Assembly: GCA_046726415.1 (NCBI GenBank) | Contig: JBKPAK010000129.1 | Coordinates: forward strand, 1 to 41,732 | Direction of reading: 5' to 3' | Origin: Candidatus Methylomirabilota bacterium | GTDB lineage: Bacteria > Methylomirabilota > Methylomirabilia > Rokubacteriales > CSP1-6 | DNA: 41,732 nt | Part shown: positions 36,887 to 41,732 of the stretch, one piece after another | Layout of the letters: every line of letters starts with the position of its first letter | Position numbering within the stretch: position 1 is the first letter of the stretch | The notes under the pieces: generated by a model | Seen by the model: the letters and a program-made list of their open reading frames with translations, nothing else | What the model was told of the DNA's origin: nothing | The model's database searches: none | Program-made: the position numbers and the translations under genes

Positions 36887-38067
36887 GCGGCAGCGCGACG
36901 GAACAGCAAGGTCACGTTCTGGCCGCCGAATCCGAAGGAATTCGAGATGGCATGCTCCACCGCGACGGGGCGCGCCTGGTGCGCGACGCAATCGAATGCC
37001 ACGTCGGGATCCTGCGAGTCGAGGTGAACGGTGGGGGGGATGATGTCGTGAACGAGCGCGAGCACGGTGGCCATCGCCTCGAGACTGCCGGCGGCGGCCA
37101 TGGTGTGCCCGATCATCGACTTTGTCGAGGACACGAGCAGCCCCTCTGCGCCGAACACCGCGCGCAAGGCCTGAGCCTCGACGCGATCGTTCTGCGGGGT
37201 GGCCGTGCCGTGGGCGTTGGCGTAGCCGACGTCCGCCGCCGTGAGGCCACTGCGCGTTAGCGCCTCGTCCATGGCCCTTGCCATGCCCGTTCCGTCCGGA
37301 TGCGGTGCGGTGACGTGATAGGCGTCGGAGGTCATGCCGTAGCCGGCCAGTTCAGCGTAGACGCGGGCGCCACGCCGGCGCGCGTGCTCGGCGTTTTCGA
37401 GGACGACGAATCCGGCACCCTCGCCGATCGACATGCCTCGGCGGTCGCGATCGAACGGCCGACACGGTTCCGGGTCCAGGAGTTTCAGGGCGTTGAAGCC
37501 GAGGTAACACGTGCGCGTGATCGCATCAGCCCCCCCGGCGAGTACGACGTCGGCGACGCCGGTGGTGACCATGTCGGATGCCACGGCCAACGCCGCGGCG
37601 CCTGAACTACAGGCAGTCACGAGCGTCTCGCGGGGCCCGTAAAGGCCGAGACGGTTCGCCACGACTTCCGCGTGCGACCACGGAAGGACGGCCGCGAGCG
37701 CGCGCCGATCGGGCGCTCTCCCGCCGCGACGCGCCTGTCGCCAGTACCACGCCTCGGCCTCGAACATCCCACCACCGATGGCGCCCACGACTACGGCCAC
37801 TGCCGAGCGCTCCGCGCGTTCCAGCCGGGCGTCGTCCAGGGCCTCCGCCGCCGCCGCGAGGGCCAGCCGGTCGCCGCGCGACCGGCGCGGGGACCCTGGC
37901 ACGGGGTCCGGGATCTCCGCCGCCAGCCGGCTCCGGAGTCCCTCGGGGTCGAGTAGGGTGATGGGTCGGATCGCACAGAGGCCTTCGGCCAGGCCGTTCC
38001 AGTACGGCTTGACCCCAACGCCAAAAGGGGTCATCGCACCCAGGCCGGTGACGACGGCGCGCCTCAT
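36883..38067 (-). CDS. Beta-ketoacyl-ACP synthase (FabF-like)
   Basis: TACSSG, NAHGTAT, KSMIGHT, NSFGFGG. Confidence 0.93.
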   Translation of the reverse strand: MRRAVVTGLGAMTPFGVGVKPYWNGLAEGLCAIRPITLLDPEGLRSRLAAEIPDPVPGSPRRSRGDRLALAAAAEALDDARLERAERSAVAVVVGAIGGGMFEAEAWYWRQARRGGRAPDRRALAAVLPWSHAEVVANRLGLYGPRETLVTACSSGAAALAVASDMVTTGVADVVLAGGADAITRTCYLGFNALKLLDPEPCRPFDRDRRGMSIGEGAGFVVLENAEHARRRGARVYAELAGYGMTSDAYHVTAPHPDGTGMARAMDEALTRSGLTAADVGYANAHGTATPQNDRVEAQALRAVFGAEGLLVSSTKSMIGHTMAAAGSLEAMATVLALVHDIIPPTVHLDSQDPDVAFDCVAHQARPVAVEHAISNSFGFGGQNVTLLFRRAAA

Positions 38068-38339
38068 CCGCCTCCCGACCGGCTCACGATGAACTGGCAC
38101 AGCGTGTCGAGCGACGCGAAGTGCGGCGCCAGATCCTCCGCCTCGTCCATCACGAGCCCGAACCGCTCCTCGATGGCGATGGCCAACTCGATGAAGTCCA
38201 GGGAGTCGAGCCCGATGGCCCCGTCCAGGCCCTTGGGTAGCGGGGTGTCGGCGGTGATCTCCGCGGCCCGACGCGGATCGAACTTGAGACGGGTCACCAG
38301 AATTGCCTTCAGCTCGTCGAGCACTTCCTTGGCCTGCAT
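38064..38339 (-). CDS. Acyl carrier protein
   Basis: GLDSLDFIELAIAIEERFG phosphopantetheine site; 91 aa. Confidence 0.92.
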   Translation of the reverse strand: MQAKEVLDELKAILVTRLKFDPRRAAEITADTPLPKGLDGAIGLDSLDFIELAIAIEERFGLVMDEAEDLAPHFASLDTLCQFIVSRSGGG

Positions 38340-39091
38340 CAGCCTCCCGCCCTTGTCACGAGATCGATCCCTGTACTCGACAGTCCGGCTGCGGCCAATG
38401 CGAGCGCGATGAGGGGGGCGCAGGCGAAGGTTTCTCCGGCGCGCTGGGACACCGCAGGCAACAGCGGCGCCACAACCTGGAACGAATCCGCATCCGTCTC
38501 GCGTCCGGGCACGAGCAGGACCGCCACCGCCGCCTCGACGAGCGGCCGCCGGGTGAGCCAGCGGCCCCGCGCGAAGAGATCCGCGCAGTCCTCGACCGTT
38601 TCCACGGCCAGGACCAGTGCGCGCTCGCAGACGCGCTGGCGCAGCAGTGTCGCGCCTTGCCAGAGGGCGTGGATGGCCGTTCGAGCGGTACCGATGAAGA
38701 TCAGGTACGGTCCCGTGAGTCCGAACTCGATGGCCACCTCCCCGGGCACCGCACTTGGAGCAGTATACGGGAAGTGCAGCGTACCCGCGCCTCCCGTCTG
38801 ATCGATGAAGGCCCGATTTGCCGCGGCGTAGGCGGTCGTCGTGACATAGATCAAAGCCGTCCCGCTCCCGCGCAGAGACGCCCGCGACACGTCGCCGTCG
38901 ACAAGCAATGCCTCCACGGCGGCCACCCCGAGGAGGCACTCGCGGGTCGCCCGCCGGAATCGGTCACCGACGAGGACCGGCCGGGGAAGCGGAATCATAC
39001 CGCGCCCGTTCGCCGCCTGGCGCGCATCGGCGGGCAGCGCCTGCACCCCTCGGCCCCATCCGGTGAGCACCCCAGCCGCGGCCACGTTCAC
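38339..39091 (-). CDS. Short ketosynthase N-terminal-like protein lacking catalytic Cys (chain-length-factor-like)
   Basis: DRFRRATRECLLG, LHFPYTAPSAVPGEVAIEFGLTGP; 250 aa; GTGA-coupled to upstream KS. Confidence 0.78.
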   Translation of the reverse strand: MNVAAAGVLTGWGRGVQALPADARQAANGRGMIPLPRPVLVGDRFRRATRECLLGVAAVEALLVDGDVSRASLRGSGTALIYVTTTAYAAANRAFIDQTGGAGTLHFPYTAPSAVPGEVAIEFGLTGPYLIFIGTARTAIHALWQGATLLRQRVCERALVLAVETVEDCADLFARGRWLTRRPLVEAAVAVLLVPGRETDADSFQVVAPLLPAVSQRAGETFACAPLIALALAAAGLSSTGIDLVTRAGG

Positions 39092-40272
39092 GCCGCGCCC
39101 TCCAGCACCAGCGCCGCGTTGCAGCCTCCAAAGCCCAGCGAGGTACTGAGGCTGATTCGAGGTCGGCACGAGCGGGCTGCGCCCAGGACATGGCCCAGCT
39201 GACAGGTGGAATCGACCTCTTCCAGCCCGACGGTTGGCGGCACCACGCCGTGGCGTGGCGCGAGCAGGCACATGATCGCCTCCAAGGTCGCCGCCGCTCC
39301 CATGGTGTGTCCGAGCGCGCCCTTGATGGAATTCACCGGGACTTCGAGCGCCCGCGCGCCGAGGATCCGCTGCAGCACCGCGGTCTCGATGCGATCGTTG
39401 AGGATCGTCCCCGTGCCGTGCGCGCTCACCAACTCCACGTCACCAGCCTCGACGCCCGCCTCGGCCATCGCCGTTCGGATGGCAAACTCGAGGCCACGCC
39501 CTTGGGGATCCGGCGCCGCGATGTGCGAACCGTCGCTCGCGCTGCTATGTCCGAGGAGACGACCCAGACGAGGCCCCTGGTGAACGCCATCGCGCGCCAT
39601 CGCCACGAGGGCCGCGCCTTCGCCGAGGAGGAGGCCGCTGCGGCGGCGGTCGAAGGGCCGCACGCGGTCCCGCGTCAGCGAGCGAAGCGCATTGAAACCG
39701 CGCATCACGAATCGACACAGGATGTCGTATCCGCCCGCGACGACGAGATCGGCGCAGCCATCGCGCAACAGGTCTGCCCCCACGCCGAGGGCAGTAGCGC
39801 CGGAGGCGCATGCGGTCGAAACGGTCAGCACTGGCCCGCGGACGCCGAGATGGCGCGCCAGCGCGTGCCCGGGGACATCGTAGAGCGCGCCTGCCGCACG
39901 CCTGAGCCGCCGGTCTCCGAGCGCATGCTCGCCCTCTTCCACGCCCCCCAGCGCTGTTCCGACGACGACGGCGAGCCGCGTTGACGGAACGTTCAGCTCG
40001 ATGCGGCCGTGCAGGTCGTCGGCGGCCGCCAGCAACAGCTCGGTGGCTCGCCCGCCCCGCACAGGCCGCCGGCGAGCGAATGCGAATTTCTTGATCTCGC
40101 CTCCGCGAGGCACGTGCAGATCATGGACCGGAAAGCGCTCGATGGCCCCGATGCCATCGGCTCCGGTGACCAGGCTCGCCCAGAAGGCGTCGAGATCCGC
40201 CCCGACCGGCGTAATGACGCCGGCCCCGAGGATGGCGATCGGTTCACGCCGCAGAGGAGGTCCTCCCGCCAT
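39088..40272 (-). CDS. Beta-ketoacyl-ACP synthase (FabF-like)
   Basis: TACASG, SAHGTGT, KGALGHT, SLGFGG; start uncertain. Confidence 0.92.
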   Translation of the reverse strand: MAGGPPLRREPIAILGAGVITPVGADLDAFWASLVTGADGIGAIERFPVHDLHVPRGGEIKKFAFARRRPVRGGRATELLLAAADDLHGRIELNVPSTRLAVVVGTALGGVEEGEHALGDRRLRRAAGALYDVPGHALARHLGVRGPVLTVSTACASGATALGVGADLLRDGCADLVVAGGYDILCRFVMRGFNALRSLTRDRVRPFDRRRSGLLLGEGAALVAMARDGVHQGPRLGRLLGHSSASDGSHIAAPDPQGRGLEFAIRTAMAEAGVEAGDVELVSAHGTGTILNDRIETAVLQRILGARALEVPVNSIKGALGHTMGAAATLEAIMCLLAPRHGVVPPTVGLEEVDSTCQLGHVLGAARSCRPRISLSTSLGFGGCNAALVLEGAA

Positions 40273-40296
40273 ACGTGGGAGGCGGGTAGCGCGCAA

Positions 40297-40360
40297 CGTC
40301 CCGGGTTCCCCGGGGCGCGGCGAGCAGAGAGGGCTGGGGGGGCCCGTTCGAGGCCCCCCA
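40297..40360. repeat. Intergenic double hairpin (REP-like)
   Basis: CGTCCCGGG-TTC-CCCGGGGCG and GGGGGGCC-CGTTCGA-GGCCCCCC. Confidence 0.5.
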
Positions 40361-40365
40361 TCTCA

Positions 40366-41196
40366 TTAGAGCCATGGTGAATAGTACATGCGGAACACGC
40401 GGATGACGCCGGGCTCGGTGTCGTACACACGCGTGGCGAGGAATTGTCGCTGCCGCCGGTCGAAGGTAAGCTGGCCCGGCCCCGCAGAATCGTTGGGATC
40501 CCACGTTGCGAACTCGATGGTGCCGGCCCCCTCCTGGAATTCGTAGGCCACCACCGTGTGGTTCAGCTCGGGCTTCGGCCAGTTGGTGACGAGGAGCTGG
40601 ACCAGTCGACCGGCGGAGATCTCGTCCATGATCGCTCGCGCGACCTCGGCCTGATGTCCGGCGGCCAGCGGAAACACGACGCGCCAGTTGGTCCAGTGGA
40701 CCCAGGTCCAGAAGCGGCCGCCAAGGGCCGCCTTGACCGCGGGTTCCTTGTCGCGCGACAGATCCCGGAGATTGGCGTACCCGGGAATGACGACGCGCTC
40801 CGCCGGTGAGAGCGGGGACTCCCATGCCGGGCGCGCCACGATCTGACGGATGCGCGCGACGTATCCGTCGTCATCGAGACGGGGCGCCGCCGGATCGAAG
40901 CGAGCGAAGGCAAAGAACTGGCGAAGACCCCGGGCTAGCACGAAGCAATAGTTGGCGTACAGATCGTCCTTGTCGGGATGCCGGGCTCGGATGTCATTCC
41001 GAAAATCGAAGGTGTCGGTGGCAAACGAGAACCCGGCAACCGATGTCGGGGGGGCCACCCCGCCAGGCGGCGGGAGAAGGGAACGGGCCGCGCACGCCCC
41101 GGACACCAGCAGCGCGCCGAGGGCGACACTGAGCGCGCTAGCGCGTTGAGCGACCCGGAACCTCGAACGACCGGAAGTCCAGACGCGCGAACTCAC
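40366..41196 (-). CDS. Hypothetical exported lipoprotein with papain-like Cys-His-Asp pattern
   Basis: Hydrophobic signal ending SGAC; ANYCF, NHTVVAY, WDPN. Confidence 0.7.
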   Translation of the reverse strand: MSSRVWTSGRSRFRVAQRASALSVALGALLVSGACAARSLLPPPGGVAPPTSVAGFSFATDTFDFRNDIRARHPDKDDLYANYCFVLARGLRQFFAFARFDPAAPRLDDDGYVARIRQIVARPAWESPLSPAERVVIPGYANLRDLSRDKEPAVKAALGGRFWTWVHWTNWRVVFPLAAGHQAEVARAIMDEISAGRLVQLLVTNWPKPELNHTVVAYEFQEGAGTIEFATWDPNDSAGPGQLTFDRRQRQFLATRVYDTEPGVIRVFRMYYSPWL

Positions 41197-41275
41197 GTGG
41201 CCCTTACCCTAACGGCGCCTCATCGCGATCGTCAAGCGCTCACCGCGATGTGATACGCTCGCCCCGGTCTCGCGA

Positions 41276-41732
41276 ATGACGCGGGCGATCGCGCGCTTCT
41301 ACCAGAGCCTCTACGACCACGTCCTGTGCCGCCTCCCCGAGCCCGTCGCGGTTGCCCTGGGGCAATCGATGCTCCGCACGCTCCCCTTCGACCGGCTCGG
41401 TCGCGTCCGCCTCGAGGATCCTCGGCTCGCCATGGCACTCGGGGGCGTGTGCCTCGCGAATCCGCTCATCCTCGCCGCGATGTACTACGAGGCGACGATT
41501 CTGCGCCGGGCCATGGGCCTCGGCTTCGGCGCGGTGACTGGGAAGTCGATCACTGTGCAGCCGCGGCCAGGCCACCCTCGGCCGAACCTCGCCCGCGTGC
41601 GCACGGCGGCCGGACCCGGGCTTGTGAACTGTAATGGGTTCCAGAATCCCGGACTCGAGGCGTTCCGCCGGACCTTGGCCCGCCTGCCTCATCGCGTCCC
41701 CTTCATCGTGAGCGTGGCCGGCGAATCAGCGG
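41276..41732 (+). CDS. Dihydroorotate dehydrogenase-like protein, runs off right edge
   Basis: Hand translation: DPRL...NPLILAA...LGFGAVTGKSITVQPRPGHPRPNL...NCNGFQNPG. Confidence 0.8.
   Translation, partial: MTRAIARFYQSLYDHVLCRLPEPVAVALGQSMLRTLPFDRLGRVRLEDPRLAMALGGVCLANPLILAAMYYEATILRRAMGLGFGAVTGKSITVQPRPGHPRPNLARVRTAAGPGLVNCNGFQNPGLEAFRRTLARLPHRVPFIVSVAGESA

Noticed and set aside
35777-40272. Primary fatty-acid synthesis (fab) operon
   Set aside because: No fabD/fabG/fabH/plsX; Cys-less KS partners and tailoring/export genes indicate specialised metabolism
296-41692. Many long Arg/Pro/Ala-rich overlapping or antisense ORFs in the track (e.g. 3717-4739, 17260-18594, 33679-34929)
   Set aside because: Shadow frames of well-supported genes in GC-rich DNA; no motifs
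1-41732. CRISPR array or cas genes
   Set aside because: No regularly spaced repeats or Cas motifs seen

Overview
High-GC bacterial chromosomal window (lineage not verifiable here; gene style is compatible with a soil bacterium such as Ca. Rokubacteria, an untested impression). Left to right: (1) a minus-strand operon for a xanthine-dehydrogenase-family molybdoenzyme (L partial, S, M), an SDR, a collapsed hydantoinase/oxoprolinase hyuA-hyuB remnant and a Tat-type solute-binding protein; (2) a fatty-acid/polyhydroxyalkanoate cluster (acyl-CoA ligase, phasin-like, phaR, phaB, phaJ, small PhaE/PhaR-type subunit, phaC, SCP2, SDR, enoyl-CoA hydratase, FadR-like TetR with a visible operator); (3) metH; (4) a receiver-truncated sigma54 activator, a UDP-sugar dehydrogenase, a pseudo-receiver and a canonical receiver; (5) a ~7.2 kb decayed phage-satellite-like island in tRNA-Val(CAC), bounded by a 47-bp direct repeat, with broken primase, terminase and integrase fragments, an XRE gene with promoter/operator, and three paralogous F-x-Q-I microprotein genes; (6) small lipoprotein genes; (7) a translationally coupled type II FAS/PKS-like cluster (two KS plus KS-like pairs, ACP, GT2, halogenase-like flavoprotein, MacB-type ABC exporter, papain-like lipoprotein, convergent deacetylase); (8) the start of a divergent dihydroorotate dehydrogenase-like gene. 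All family calls come from motif recognition by eye; no database search was run.
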